From Myxococcota bacterium (lineage in GTDB: Bacteria; Myxococcota_A; UBA796; UBA2385): a DNA stretch of 64,000 nucleotides. The notes below the pieces were generated by a model that had not been told where the DNA came from, made no database searches, and worked only from the letters and a program-made list of their open reading frames with translations. Shown here piece by piece: positions 37,820 to 50,200 of the stretch. The stretch lies in assembly GCA_044344255.1 (NCBI GenBank), contig JBIJDH010000002.1, positions 96,001-160,000 on the forward strand, given 5' to 3'. The translations under genes were made by a program, and so were the position numbers. How positions within the stretch are numbered: position 1 is the stretch's first letter; every line of letters begins with the position of its first letter.

Positions 37820-38380
37820 ATGGGCGGGTCGGCTGTCAACCGGTGGGCGGTGAGCCTTTTGTGCATGGCCGCCGTGGCGGGGTGCCACCTCGGACGTCCC
37901 GGGCCGACTTACTCCTACCACCTCGGGCACGTCGAGGTACCCGAGGTGGAGCCAGGGCTCAGCGATGCCCTCTCCCGGAGCGTCTCAGCCGCGCTGTCGG
38001 CGCGCTCGGCCCTCGGTGGGGGAGTGGCCCTGGACGTACGCATCCTCGAGGCGGTGGAGTCCGTGATCGCGGTCGATGGCGCTGGCGCGCGGGTGCACCG
38101 GGTCGGGCTGGTCCTCCGCTTGGAGGCCGCTGGCCCGGCGCCGCGGTCGCTGGTGGTGCGTGGTGAGCGGGGCTATGCGGTCTCCTCGGCGGACCCTACC
38201 GCCGCCGAGGCAGCGCGGTCGGCGGCCTTCGCGGCGCTCACGGTCGAGCTCAGCGAGGACGCTGTCACCTGGCTCGTCACGGGGCCGAGCGGTGGAGCGG
38301 CCGCGGTCAGGGGCGGCGCGAGAGCAGAGGAGCCAGGACGGAGCCATGACGGAGACAGCGGTTCGGATGATCCTCGGTGA
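37820..38380 (+). CDS. LptE-like LPS assembly lipoprotein
   Basis: Lipobox VAGC; appropriate size; sits immediately upstream of holA, the usual lptE position. Confidence 0.6.
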   Translation: MGGSAVNRWAVSLLCMAAVAGCHLGRPGPTYSYHLGHVEVPEVEPGLSDALSRSVSAALSARSALGGGVALDVRILEAVESVIAVDGAGARVHRVGLVLRLEAAGPAPRSLVVRGERGYAVSSADPTAAEAARSAAFAALTVELSEDAVTWLVTGPSGGAAAVRGGARAEEPGRSHDGDSGSDDPR

Positions 38381-39320
38381 CGAGGGCCTCCTCGTTCAGG
38401 AGGCGGAGCAACGGGCGGTCTCCGAGGCCTTTGGCGGCGCGGCTCCCGGCTTCAACCACGCCGTCTTCTCTGCGGCGGGAGGGGCGGAGGCGGCCCTCGA
38501 TCTCGCGCGCACTCAGCCGATGATGGCCCGCCGTCGCGTGGTGGTCATCCGAGATCTCGAGAAGGCCTCGGTCGAGCTCCTCGACGTCCTGGCGGCCTAC
38601 GTAGAGAGCCCGAACCCAAGCACGCTCCTCTTGCTGGTCGGCTCCAAGCTGCCCGAGGCGACCGGCGGGGTCGATCGGGGGCGGCGGCTCGAGAACCGCC
38701 TGAAGAAGACCGACGCGGTCCTGAGATTTCAGGCGAAGGACCAGCACCCGATCGCCTTCGCCACCGAGCAGGCCGCCCTGCTGGGCTGCAAGCTCGATCG
38801 TCGGGCGGCGGAGCTGTTGGTGGAGCTGGTGGGCTCCGACCTCGGCCGACTTCGCATGGAGGTCGCCAAGGCGGCCGCGTGGCTCGGCGGTGCCGGCCTG
38901 ATCGACGTCGTGGCGGTGGAGGCGGTGTCGAGCCCGGTCGCGGAGGCGGTGGTCTGGGACCTCACCGACGCCATCCTCGTAGGCGACATCAACCGCGCGC
39001 TCACCACCACCCACCGCATGCTCGAGGACGCTGGGCCGGGGGACGGCGCCAGCCACCGCCTGCTCGCGCTGGTCACCTGGCAGGTGCGGCGCGTGCTCGA
39101 GCTGCAGTCCGGCCTCCGCTCGGGCGCGGGCGTCCCGGAGTCGTGGCAGCGGATGCCCGCGAACAAGCTCCGCCAGGCCCAGGACACCCTGCGCCGTCGC
39201 CCGATCGATCCTGCAGCCATCCTCGAGACCCTCAGCCGAGCGAACCGAGACTTCAACCGCTCCCCGGCGGGCGATCGGAGGATCTTCGAGGCGTTGGTGC
39301 TCGAGCTCTGCGCGCGGTGA
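38346..39320 (+). CDS. holA: DNA polymerase III subunit delta
   Basis: ILGDEGLL, PMMARRRVVVIRD, LVELVGSDLGRLRMEVAK and VWDLTDAI motifs; convergent with rpsT. Confidence 0.9.
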   Translation: MTETAVRMILGDEGLLVQEAEQRAVSEAFGGAAPGFNHAVFSAAGGAEAALDLARTQPMMARRRVVVIRDLEKASVELLDVLAAYVESPNPSTLLLLVGSKLPEATGGVDRGRRLENRLKKTDAVLRFQAKDQHPIAFATEQAALLGCKLDRRAAELLVELVGSDLGRLRMEVAKAAAWLGGAGLIDVVAVEAVSSPVAEAVVWDLTDAILVGDINRALTTTHRMLEDAGPGDGASHRLLALVTWQVRRVLELQSGLRSGAGVPESWQRMPANKLRQAQDTLRRRPIDPAAILETLSRANRDFNRSPAGDRRIFEALVLELCAR

Positions 39321-39358
39321 AGCGGAGCGGGGGTCGCTCGGGCAGGCTCCCCAAACGG

Positions 39359-39394
39359 CGAAGCGGGCGCATCCCGGAGGAGGCGCCCGCTTCG
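39359..39394 (-). terminator. Hairpin terminator between holA and rpsT
   Basis: cgaagcgggcgc...gcgcccgcttcg 12-bp stem. Confidence 0.7.
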
Positions 39395-39425
39395 GGCCGC
39401 GATCGCCCCCGTGGGGGCGAGGAGG

Positions 39426-39749
39426 CTAACGACCCTTGCCGGAGACCACGGGGGCCTTGGGCTTGGCGGCGGCGACGGCCTTGGCGAGGCGGCTCACCCG
39501 GCGGGCGGCCTGGCTCTTGTGGATGATGCCCTTCTGAGCGACCTTCTGGATGGTGCTCACGGTGTTGCTGAGCTCGGCCTTGGCCTCATCGACCTTGCCG
39601 GCCTCGATCAGCGCCCGGAGCTTCTTGATGCCGGTGCGGAGCGTGCTCTTGTAGTGACGGTTCCGCGCGCGGTTCTCGAGGCTCTGACGATGGCGCTTGA
39701 CGGTGTCCTGGACCTTGACGGGGCCCTTCTTGCTGTCCTTGGATGCCAC
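39426..39749 (-). CDS. rpsT: 30S ribosomal protein S20
   Basis: KRHRQSLENRARNRHYKSTLRT...KGIIHKSQAARRVSRL. Confidence 0.95.
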   Translation of the reverse strand: MASKDSKKGPVKVQDTVKRHRQSLENRARNRHYKSTLRTGIKKLRALIEAGKVDEAKAELSNTVSTIQKVAQKGIIHKSQAARRVSRLAKAVAAAKPKAPVVSGKGR

Positions 39750-39890
39750 GGGATTCTCACCTTGGGCGACCCAAATTGGGCCGCGTCGTAGAGTGCTGAA
39801 TGGAGAGGATGGAGCGCGGGGGACTCTCTCTGGACCGCCGGACCTGAGCGTTCAGGTTCGGAAGGACAGCCAGAGGCCGCGAGACGGCCG

Positions 39891-39920
39891 GCTCTATCGC
39901 GACCCTCGGCGACATGTCAA
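39891..39920 (-). promoter_or_regulatory. Putative sigma70 promoter for rpsT
   Basis: Minus strand TTGACA-N18-TAGAGC; the -10 match is weak. Confidence 0.45.
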
Positions 39921-40105
39921 GCGTCGAGCCCGCCGTCTTCGCCTTGTTTGACTGGACCCGGGGTGAGCGCTATCGGAGCCCGGCGCGACCGCGCGGGTGG
40001 AGATCCGCGCCCGTCGCGTACACTGGGCGCTCCCGCGAGCGCCGGGTCACGAGCGCTTCGACACGAGAGGTCCCCGGCCGCGGCGTCGGGAGAGGCAGCC
40101 GGCAC

Positions 40106-41407
40106 ATGGACATCTGCGTCATCGGTACAGGCTACGTCGGGCTGGTGGTCGGCACCTGCATGGCTGACCTCGGCTTCCACATCTCCTGTGTGGACCACGA
40201 TCGGAGCAAGATCGAGCAACTGCGACGCGGTGAGGTGCCCATCTACGAGCCTGGGCTCGACGCCATCTTACGCCGCAACATCCGAGAGGGCCGAATCACC
40301 TTCACCGATCAGGCCGCCCCGGCCATCGCCTCCGCCGAGGTGGTCTACATCGCGGTGGGCACGCCGGGGCTGGCGGATGGTTCGGCTGACCTCTCCGGGG
40401 TCTTTGCCGTCGCCGCATTGGTGGGCGAGCACATGTCCCGCTCGACGGTGGTGATCATCAAGTCCACCGTGCCGGTGGGGACAGCGGATCGGGTGAGGGA
40501 GGTGGTCGCCGCTTCGGCCCGCTTCCCCTTCGACGTGGTCTCGAACCCCGAGTTCCTCAAGGAGGGCGCGGCGATCGAGGACTTTACTCACCCCGATCGC
40601 ATCGTGATCGGCTGCCGCACCGAGCGGGCCCGGGAGGTGATGAGCCACCTGTACGCGGGCCTCGTCCGCTCCGGAAAGCCCATCTTCTTCATGGACAACC
40701 GCAGCGCCGAGCTCACGAAGTACGCGTCGAACGCCATGCTCGCCACCAAGATCTCCTTCATGAACGAGCTCGCCCGCCTCTGCGAGGTGGTGGGGGCCGA
40801 CATCGAGATGGTGCGTAAGGGCACCGGCAGCGACTCCCGCATCGGCCCTCGCTTCCTCTTCCCGGGTGTCGGCTACGGCGGTTCTTGCTTCCCGAAGGAC
40901 GTCAAGGCCCTCATCGACACCGCGGAGAAGGTCGGCGTCACCCTCAAGGTCGCCAACGCCGTCGAAGAGGTGAACGCCGAGCAGAAGCACGTCCTCGCCG
41001 ACAAGGTGCTGGCTCGTTTCGGCGACGACCTCTCCGGGCGCCGCTTCGCCGTCTGGGGGCTCGCCTTCAAGCCCGAGACCGACGACATGCGCGAGGCGCC
41101 CTCCCTCGTGATCATCGAGCGCCTGCTGGCCCGTGGCGCAGAGATCCGGGCCTACGACCCCGAGGCGGTGCACACCGCGCGCCAGGCCTTGGGCGACCGG
41201 GTCACCTTCGCCAGCTCCTCGATGGACGCCGCCGAGGGGGCTCACGCGGTCCTGCTCGTGACGGAGTGGAATGAGTTCCGGAACCCAGACCTCGCTGACC
41301 TCCGGGACCGCATGGCCAGCCCCGTGATCTTCGACGGGCGCAACATCTACGACCCCGCCGAGCTCCGTCGAGCCGGCTTCGAGTACGTCGGCATCGGCCG
41401 GCCCTGA
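40106..41407 (+). CDS. ugd: UDP-glucose 6-dehydrogenase
   Basis: VIGTGYVGL, KSTVPVGT, SNPEFLKEG, GYGGSCFPKD and GLAFKPETDDMRE motifs. Confidence 0.95.
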   Translation: MDICVIGTGYVGLVVGTCMADLGFHISCVDHDRSKIEQLRRGEVPIYEPGLDAILRRNIREGRITFTDQAAPAIASAEVVYIAVGTPGLADGSADLSGVFAVAALVGEHMSRSTVVIIKSTVPVGTADRVREVVAASARFPFDVVSNPEFLKEGAAIEDFTHPDRIVIGCRTERAREVMSHLYAGLVRSGKPIFFMDNRSAELTKYASNAMLATKISFMNELARLCEVVGADIEMVRKGTGSDSRIGPRFLFPGVGYGGSCFPKDVKALIDTAEKVGVTLKVANAVEEVNAEQKHVLADKVLARFGDDLSGRRFAVWGLAFKPETDDMREAPSLVIIERLLARGAEIRAYDPEAVHTARQALGDRVTFASSSMDAAEGAHAVLLVTEWNEFRNPDLADLRDRMASPVIFDGRNIYDPAELRRAGFEYVGIGRP

Positions 41408-41417
41408 ACCGCGCGCC

Positions 41418-41453
41418 GCAGGGTTCGCCGTAGGGTTCGCGGCAGGGTTCGCC
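41418..41453. repeat. 12-bp tandem repeat x3 (gyagggttcgcs), intergenic
   Basis: gcagggttcgcc / gtagggttcgcg / gcagggttcgcc. Confidence 0.85.
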
Positions 41454-41551
41454 GGGGGGCGCTGCTGGGGTTAGCCGGGTCGGCCTCTCGGGTCACCGGG
41501 GGCGTGGAGCCCATCGTGAGCGTGTCAGCCCTGTCCCTCCTCTCTACGTCC

Positions 41552-43354
<1,803 letters not shown>

Positions 43355-43444
43355 GCCGCGGGCTGTGCCGGGGCTGTGCAGGTGCGGAGGCTCAGCGGCG
43401 CCGCCCTCTGGTACACTCCGGGTGGGCCGTACGAGAGGAGTCCC

Positions 43445-43885
43445 ATGGAAACCACAGCCTCGCATGTCAGCAGGAAGGGGGCAGCGCTCACCCATCGTCG
43501 GCGCCGCATGCGCGGGGGGCGTGTCAACGTCCTCGGCGTGCTCTTGGTGCTGCTCTTTATCGGCGGCGCAGGCTGGGCTTGGATCTTCGGGCCTTACTTC
43601 TGGGACTATCAGGTCATGCGCGAGGCTACGGCCGCCGCGGCGCGGGAGTGGCGCACGGCCGAGAGCAAGGACAAGGGCGTCATCAAGCTGTGGCGCCGCG
43701 TCGAGAAGGAGGAGATGACCTACATCCCCGAGACGGCCTGCTCCTTCCAGGAGGAGGGCACCAATCGGATGATCTTCTGCGCCTGGGACGTCAACGTCTA
43801 CTATCCGGGCACCGAGTATTACCGGACGCTCAGCTTCTCCCTCGACACCACCTGTGACGCCGAGGGAGACATCGAGCAGGGTTAA
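43445..43885 (+). CDS. Single-TM hypothetical protein, DUF4845/pilin-like N-terminus
   Basis: Basic leader plus G, then a hydrophobic helix and PYFWDYQVM; located after lepA. Start may be 43508. Confidence 0.55.
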   Translation: METTASHVSRKGAALTHRRRRMRGGRVNVLGVLLVLLFIGGAGWAWIFGPYFWDYQVMREATAAAAREWRTAESKDKGVIKLWRRVEKEEMTYIPETACSFQEEGTNRMIFCAWDVNVYYPGTEYYRTLSFSLDTTCDAEGDIEQG

Positions 43886-43945
43886 GGGGCCGCGGGGGCG
43901 TGGGGCCCGGTCAAGGGGGCGCGGCTCCCCCGAAGGAGACGAGCC

Positions 43946-44563
43946 ATGGACGGTGAGATGGGGGCGCTCGAGCTTCGGCGGACCCTCGGGCGGCTGGCCA
44001 GCGAGCTCTCGGAGCGCTTGGGGGATCCGAGCCAGTACGTGTTGGTGGGCATCGTCACGGGCGGGCGCTTCGTCGCCGAGCGGCTGGCCGAGATCGTCAC
44101 GGCCAACGAGGGCAAGGCGCCCCAGGTCGGCTGGCTCGACATCACGCTCTACCGCGATGACCTCTACACCGGCATCGAGAAGCCCGTCCTCGGTGAGACC
44201 CGGCTCCCCGTCGAGGATCTCGAGGGTCGCGGGGTCGTGCTCGTCGATGACGTGCTCTTCACCGGACGCACCGTGCGGGCCGCCCTCGACGAGCTGATGG
44301 ACTACGGGCGGCCCCGCTTCATCAAGCTCCTCGTGCTCGTAGACCGTGGCCACCGGGAGCTGCCGATCTCCGCTGACTTCGTCGGCCGCACCTTGGCGAC
44401 CTCGAAGGCCGACCGCGTGCGGGTCGACCTCGTGGAAGACGGATCGGCCGAGGACGCCGTCCGGGTCATCCGGGCCCGGCCCTCGGGGGAGCCCGCGCCG
44501 CCGGACTCGATGATCGAGCCGGTGGGGACCCGCCAGCAGGGGGGGAGAGCCGATGAAACGTGA
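43946..44563 (+). CDS. pyrR: Pyrimidine operon regulator / UPRTase
   Basis: LDITLYRDD, VLVDDVLFTGRTVRAA and DRGHRELPI motifs. Confidence 0.95.
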   Translation: MDGEMGALELRRTLGRLASELSERLGDPSQYVLVGIVTGGRFVAERLAEIVTANEGKAPQVGWLDITLYRDDLYTGIEKPVLGETRLPVEDLEGRGVVLVDDVLFTGRTVRAALDELMDYGRPRFIKLLVLVDRGHRELPISADFVGRTLATSKADRVRVDLVEDGSAEDAVRVIRARPSGEPAPPDSMIEPVGTRQQGGRADET

Positions 44564-45494
44564 GCCCAAGAAGGACCTCCTCGGACTCCGCGACATGCCA
44601 AAGGAGGAGATCGTGCGGGTGCTCGACACCGCAGCCCGCTTTCGGATGGTGAACGAGCGGCGCATCAAAAAGGTGCCGACCCTGCGCGGGCGCACGGTGG
44701 TGACGGCCTTCTTCGAGGACTCGACCCGCACCCGCATCAGCTTCGATCTCGCCGCCAAGCGCCTCAGCGCCGACACCGTGGCCTTCTCGTCCTCCGGCAG
44801 CTCGACCACCAAGGGCGAGAGCCTGATGGACACGGCGCGGAACCTCGACGCGATGCGCCCGGACTGCATGATCATCCGGCACCCGGCGAGCGGCGCCCCC
44901 CATATGCTCGCCCGCGCCTTTCCCTGGCCGGTGATCAACGCAGGGGATGGGATCAACGAGCACCCCACGCAGGGGCTGCTTGATCTCCTCACCATGCGGG
45001 ATCACCTCGGCCAGCTCGAAGGCAAGACCGTCGCCATCGTGGGGGACGTCTACCACTCGCGCGTGGCCCGCTCGAACATCTTCGGCCTGCGCACCATGGG
45101 GGCGCGGGTGCTCGTCGCCGGTCCCGGCACCATCTGCCCACCGGAGATGGCCGAGCTCGGCGTGGAGCTGCGGCACCGCATCGACGACGTGGTCGAAGAG
45201 GCCGACGTCGTGATGATGCTCCGCATCCAGCGGGAGCGCCTCGGGCGGGCGATGGTCACCTCGGTGCGGGAGTATGCCCACCTCTACGGGCTCGACCTCG
45301 ACCGCCTCAAGAAGGCGCGCGCGGACGTGCTGGTGATGCACCCAGGCCCGATCAACCGTGGGGTCGAGATGAGCCCCGAGGTCGCGGACGGCGAGCGCTC
45401 CGTCATCCTCGAGCAGGTCACCAACGGGCTGGCCGTCCGGATGGCCCTGCTCTACCTCTTGCTCGGCGGAGAGAGCCCAGATGCTGCTGCTTGA
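44553..45494 (+). CDS. pyrB: Aspartate carbamoyltransferase catalytic subunit
   Basis: FFEDSTRTR, INAGDG, HPTQ, HSRVARS and MHPGPINRG motifs. Confidence 0.96.
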   Translation: MKREPKKDLLGLRDMPKEEIVRVLDTAARFRMVNERRIKKVPTLRGRTVVTAFFEDSTRTRISFDLAAKRLSADTVAFSSSGSSTTKGESLMDTARNLDAMRPDCMIIRHPASGAPHMLARAFPWPVINAGDGINEHPTQGLLDLLTMRDHLGQLEGKTVAIVGDVYHSRVARSNIFGLRTMGARVLVAGPGTICPPEMAELGVELRHRIDDVVEEADVVMMLRIQRERLGRAMVTSVREYAHLYGLDLDRLKKARADVLVMHPGPINRGVEMSPEVADGERSVILEQVTNGLAVRMALLYLLLGGESPDAAA

Positions 45495-46755
45495 GGGTGG
45501 GAGGGTGGTCTGCCCGGCGTCGGGCAAGGACGTCGTGGAGGACGTGCTCATCGACGGCGGGCACATCGTCGCCGTGGGCCCCGGGCTGCGCGCCGCGGCG
45601 GGGGAGGGCGTGCGGGTGATCGACTGCGAAGGCGTCGTCGTGGCGCCTGGCTTCGTGGAGCTGGGGGCCGAGCTGGCGGATCCCGGGCACCCGGAACGGG
45701 AGACGCTCTGCTCGGGGAGCGAGGCCGCGGCGGCCGGCGGCTACACCACGGTGGTCGCGTCGCCGAACACCGATCCTTGCGTAGACGGTCCCTCGGTCGC
45801 CCGGGACATCCTCGGCCGGGCCGCGGCCCTGACCGGCGCCCGGGTGTTGCAGGCGGGCGCGCTCACGATGGGCCTGCGCGGGGAGGAGCCGGCGGAGCTC
45901 GGGCTGCTCGTGCTCGCCGGCTGCGTGGCCCTCTCCGACGGCCGGGCCCTGGTGGCCGACACCGAGGTGCTGCGCCGCTGCCTCGAGTATGCGCGTCCCT
46001 TCGATGTCCCCGTGATGCTGCGCCCCGGCGAGGCCGCCCTGGAGCGCGCCGGCGTGATGCACGAGGGCAGCGTTTCCCTGCGCATCGGGCTCCGAGGCAT
46101 CCCCGCCGAGTCCGAAGAGATCGGCCTCCATCGCCTGATCGCCTTGGCCCGCCGCACCGGGGCCCGCGTCCACATCAGCCACCTCAGCACGGGTCGAAGC
46201 CTCGCCGCCTTCCGCGCGGCGGTGGCCGACGGCCTCTCGATCACCGCCACCGTTCCTGCGCGGTCCCTCGTCCTCACCGACGTCGCGGTCGAACGGTCCG
46301 GCTATGACCCCCTGCTGCGCCTGGTGCCGCCCCTCCGCCCCGAGGCTGACCGCCTCGCCTTGGTGGGTGCGGTACGGGCCGGCGAGGTCGGCGTGTGTGC
46401 CGATCATGTGCCTTGCTCGATCGTAGACAAGGAGGTGGAGCTCGTCCGCGCCCGACCCGGCGCGGTCGGCCTCGAGACGGCCCTCGGCGCGACCCTCGCC
46501 GCCCTGGGCGGAGACGTGGTGGCGGCGGTTCGTGCCCTGTCCATCCTGCCCGGTCGGGTTATCGGTCTCCACCCACGCGTCGTCGTCGGGTCTCCAGCCG
46601 ACCTCGTCCTCTTTGATCCGGTCCGGCACCGGGACCTCTCCCGCTCCCCCCGGAGCCGGGGTCGAAACGAGCCGCTGCGCGGTCACGTCCTACCGGGGCG
46701 AGTCCGGGCGACGGTGGTGGCTGGCCACGTGGTCTTCGGGCCGATACCCGACTGA
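45481..46755 (+). CDS. pyrC: Dihydroorotase-like protein, probably inactive PyrC'
   Basis: Type I DHOase fold motifs (AAAGGYTTV..PNT.P, PPLR, DH.P, GLET) are present, but the HxH motif is replaced (PGFVELGAE). Confidence 0.85.
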   Translation: MLLLEGGRVVCPASGKDVVEDVLIDGGHIVAVGPGLRAAAGEGVRVIDCEGVVVAPGFVELGAELADPGHPERETLCSGSEAAAAGGYTTVVASPNTDPCVDGPSVARDILGRAAALTGARVLQAGALTMGLRGEEPAELGLLVLAGCVALSDGRALVADTEVLRRCLEYARPFDVPVMLRPGEAALERAGVMHEGSVSLRIGLRGIPAESEEIGLHRLIALARRTGARVHISHLSTGRSLAAFRAAVADGLSITATVPARSLVLTDVAVERSGYDPLLRLVPPLRPEADRLALVGAVRAGEVGVCADHVPCSIVDKEVELVRARPGAVGLETALGATLAALGGDVVAAVRALSILPGRVIGLHPRVVVGSPADLVLFDPVRHRDLSRSPRSRGRNEPLRGHVLPGRVRATVVAGHVVFGPIPD

Positions 46756-46807
46756 TCCTTCTCCCTTCTCGCGCCCCCAGCACGGCGCTCACTTCGAGGA
46801 TTTTTTC

Positions 46808-47284
46808 ATGAAGCGCATCCCGATGACGCCGGCGGGCTTCGCGCGGCTCTCGGCCGAGCTGAAGGTGCTCAAGGAGCACACCCGACTCAAGATCGTGCGT
46901 GACATCGAAGAGGCCCGGGAGCACGGCGACATCTCCGAAAACTCGGAGTTCGAAGACGCCAAGCACCGCCAGTCGCTCTGTGAGGGCCGCATCCAGGAGC
47001 TCGAGAGTAAGCTCGGCGCCTCTGAGGTCATCGACGTCCGGACGCTCAAGCCGTCGGATCGCGTGGTCTTTGGCACCACCGTGGTCCTCCAAGACCTCGA
47101 GACCGAGGAGGAGGTCCGCTACACCATCGTCGGCACAGACGAGGCCGACGTGAAGGCGGGCCTCATCTCGATGAGCGCGCCGATCGGCCGCGCCATCGTG
47201 GGACGCAGCACCGGCGACGAGGTCGCGGTGGAGACACCCCGTGGCCAGCGCCGCTTCAGCATCGCGGACGTGTTGTACCGCTAG
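46808..47284 (+). CDS. greA: Transcription elongation factor GreA
   Basis: EAREHGDISENSEF, VVFGTTV and ISMSAPIGRAIVG motifs. Confidence 0.95.
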   Translation: MKRIPMTPAGFARLSAELKVLKEHTRLKIVRDIEEAREHGDISENSEFEDAKHRQSLCEGRIQELESKLGASEVIDVRTLKPSDRVVFGTTVVLQDLETEEEVRYTIVGTDEADVKAGLISMSAPIGRAIVGRSTGDEVAVETPRGQRRFSIADVLYR

Positions 47285-47292
47285 GGGTCCCT

Positions 47293-50200
47293 GTGGAAGT
47301 CGCTGTGGAAGGCACTGTGGAAGGCACTGAAGCTCAGACCGACGCCCCGATCGACGGCCGGCCGCTCGCGCAGATCGACGCGGTCCGCCGCACGATGCGC
47401 TGGGCGGCCGCCGGCGGTGCCGCCCGGTACCTCGGCGTCAACTGCGCCCGTCTGGTCACGGCGAGCCTCGATGCGCTGCCCCGGGAGGGCGAAGGTGCGG
47501 AGCGCGTCCGAGACGAGCTGTCCCACCTGGTCGGCCTGCTGGGCGACCTCGACTCGCTACCGTCCGGGGAGCGGGCCGAGCGGCTGGGGGCCCTGCTGGG
47601 GGTCCTCGAGCGGGTCCCCGCGGGGCCGGCCCCACGTCTCCCCACGCGCGCTCCCGCACCGGTCGAGCCCGCCCTCCTCGCGGAGGATGGGGGCGCGCCG
47701 GTCGAAGGGGAGGCCGCCCCAGCCCAGCGCGGGGGCGACGACCCCAGCGGCGAGGCCCGCGAGCGCGACGGTCGGGATCGTGATCGGCGTGGCCGCCGCC
47801 GGGAGCGCGGCGACCGCGCCGAGCGGCCAGAGGGCGTCGAGCCCCGAGGGCCCCGACCGGAGCGAAACGAGCGCGCCGAGGGTGTCGAGGCTCGTGGTCC
47901 CCGACCCGAGCGAGGCCAACGCCCCGAGCGCGGGGAGCGCGTCGACCGCCCCGAAGGCGCCGAGGGCTCGGAGGCCCGTGGATCGCGCCCAGAGCGCGCT
48001 CCTCGCGGAGAGCGCAACGAGCGGGGCGAGCGCAACGAGCGGGGCGAGCGCAACGAGCGCAACGAGCGTGGAGAGCGCAACGAGCGCGCCACTTCGGTCG
48101 AGAAGCCCGAAGGAGAGGAGCCCACCCCGGAGCGGTCCGCCCGCGCGGAGGGTTCGGGGCGACGGGAGCGCGGACGTGGCGATCGACCCGGCCGCGGAGA
48201 GCGTAACGACCGCGGAGAGCGCAACGAGCGCGGAGAGCGCAACGAGCGCGGAGAGCGCAACGAGCGCGGAGAGAAGCCCGAGAGGGCGGAGAAGGCCGAG
48301 CGTCCGGTGGAGGTGCCTGCGGCGGATGTGCGGAGGCTCCCGCTGGGCCATCCGGAGGGCACCGGGGCCCCGCTGAGCTCGCTCGGGGTGTTCACCGATG
48401 AGCTGCTGGAGCGGCTGGGTGACGAGGGCATCAGCACGGTCGCCGAGCTCCTCCTCCTGCCTCCGACCAGCTACGATCGGCCGCCGCTGGTGCCGATCGC
48501 CGCCTCGATGCCAGAGGGCCCGGCGGTGGTGCGGGGGTCTGTGGTCAGCCGCAGCGTGCGCTTCGTGCCGGGCGGGCAGCGGGTGGAGGTCGTGCTCGCA
48601 GGGCCAGACGGCCACAGCCTCCGGCTCCGCTGGCCGGGGAGGGGCCCGCGGGGGTGGGAGCGCTGGAGCGTCGGCTCGGAGCTGGGCTTCATCGGGCGTA
48701 TCTCCGAGATTGAAGAGGGCACCTTCGCCTTCTACGAGGGTGAGCCCGTCGGACTGGACGGTCGCGGCAGCGGCATCGTCCCCCTGTACAGCGTCGAGGG
48801 CGTCGAAGATCGGCTGATCCGGGAGGCTGTGGCCCTCTCCCTCGGCCTCATCCAAGGCGCGCTGAAGGACACCGTCAGCGCCGAGCTCATCGAGCAGCAC
48901 CGCCTGCTCCCCCTCGACGAGGCCCTCCGCGACGCGCACTTCCCCGCCAACGCGGCCGGCCGGGGTCGCATCCGCATGGCCTTTGAGGAGCTCTTCCTCC
49001 TCCAGCTCGGCATCGCCTGGCGGGCCGGGCGTGGGCAGGCGGAGCGCGGCTTCGCGCACACCATTGTGCACGGCGCGGTGGGGCAGCTCGCGGTGCAGCA
49101 CCAGATCACGTTGTCCGACGGCCAGGAGTCGGCCTTCTGCGACATCCGGCGAGACCTCCTCAAGCCCAACCCCATGACCCGCCTCCTCCAGGGTGACGTC
49201 GGGGCGGGCAAGGGCCTCGTGGCGCTGCTCACCGCGGTGGTGGTCGCCGAGAGCGGGCACCAGGTGGCGATGATCGCGCCCGATCCGCTCACGGCCGAGC
49301 GACGCTTCCTTCACGCGGAGGCCGTCCTTCGCTCGGTCGGTCTCGTGCCGCTGCTGGTCGGCGACACGGTGAACCACGCGATGACCGACGCCATCCGGCG
49401 CGGCGAGGTCCACGTCGTCTTCGGCACCCGCAGGATCCTCGAGGAGCAGGTCCATTGGAAGCGGCTCGGGCTCGTCATCGTCGAGGAGCGCGGTCCCTAC
49501 GGCACGGTCAGCCCGCAGAGCCTCAGCAGCCGCAGCGTGGTCCCCGATCTCCTCGTGGTCACCAAGGCGCCCATCCCTTCAAGCCTCTCGCTGACGGTCT
49601 TCGGGGACTTTGACCTCTCCATCGTGCCCTCGGTCGAGCGCCCGCGGGTGACGGTCAAGGTCTTTGGCGCCGACGCCCGCGCCGAAGCCTACGCACGCGC
49701 CTGGGAGGAGGTCGAGAAGGGCCGCCAGGCCTTCGTCGTCTTCCCGGTCCGTGACGGCCGAGACCTGCTCGGCGTCGAGGACGCCCAGCGCATGGCCAAG
49801 GCCCTCCAGGCCGAGGGGCTCCCCGGAGCGCGCATCGGCACCTACTGCTCGGCGATGAGCCGCGAGGAGCGCTTCCGCGTCTTCGACGACTTCCAGCACC
49901 GCCGCGTAGACGTGCTCGTCTGCACGACCTACATCGAAGACGCGCCGCCGGTCGACAACGCCAGCGTCGTGGTCGTCGAGTACGCCGACATGCACGACCT
50001 CGTCCGCCTGCACCGCCTCCGCGGCCACGTGGCCCAGGGGCGCCACCCCGGCACCTGCCTGTTCGTGCTGTCGAACAACGCCGCCGAGGGGGCGAGCCAG
50101 GTCGTGAGCACGGTCATCAACGAGCGGGACGGCTTCCGCCTCGCCGAGGTTGACCTGCAGGTGCGGGGCGCCGAGGCCCTCCTCGGAGACCGCGCCACCG

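Noticed and set aside
43886..43945. PyrR-binding attenuator upstream of pyrR
   Set aside because: Only 60 nt, with no recognisable PyrR binding-loop consensus or U-tract terminator.
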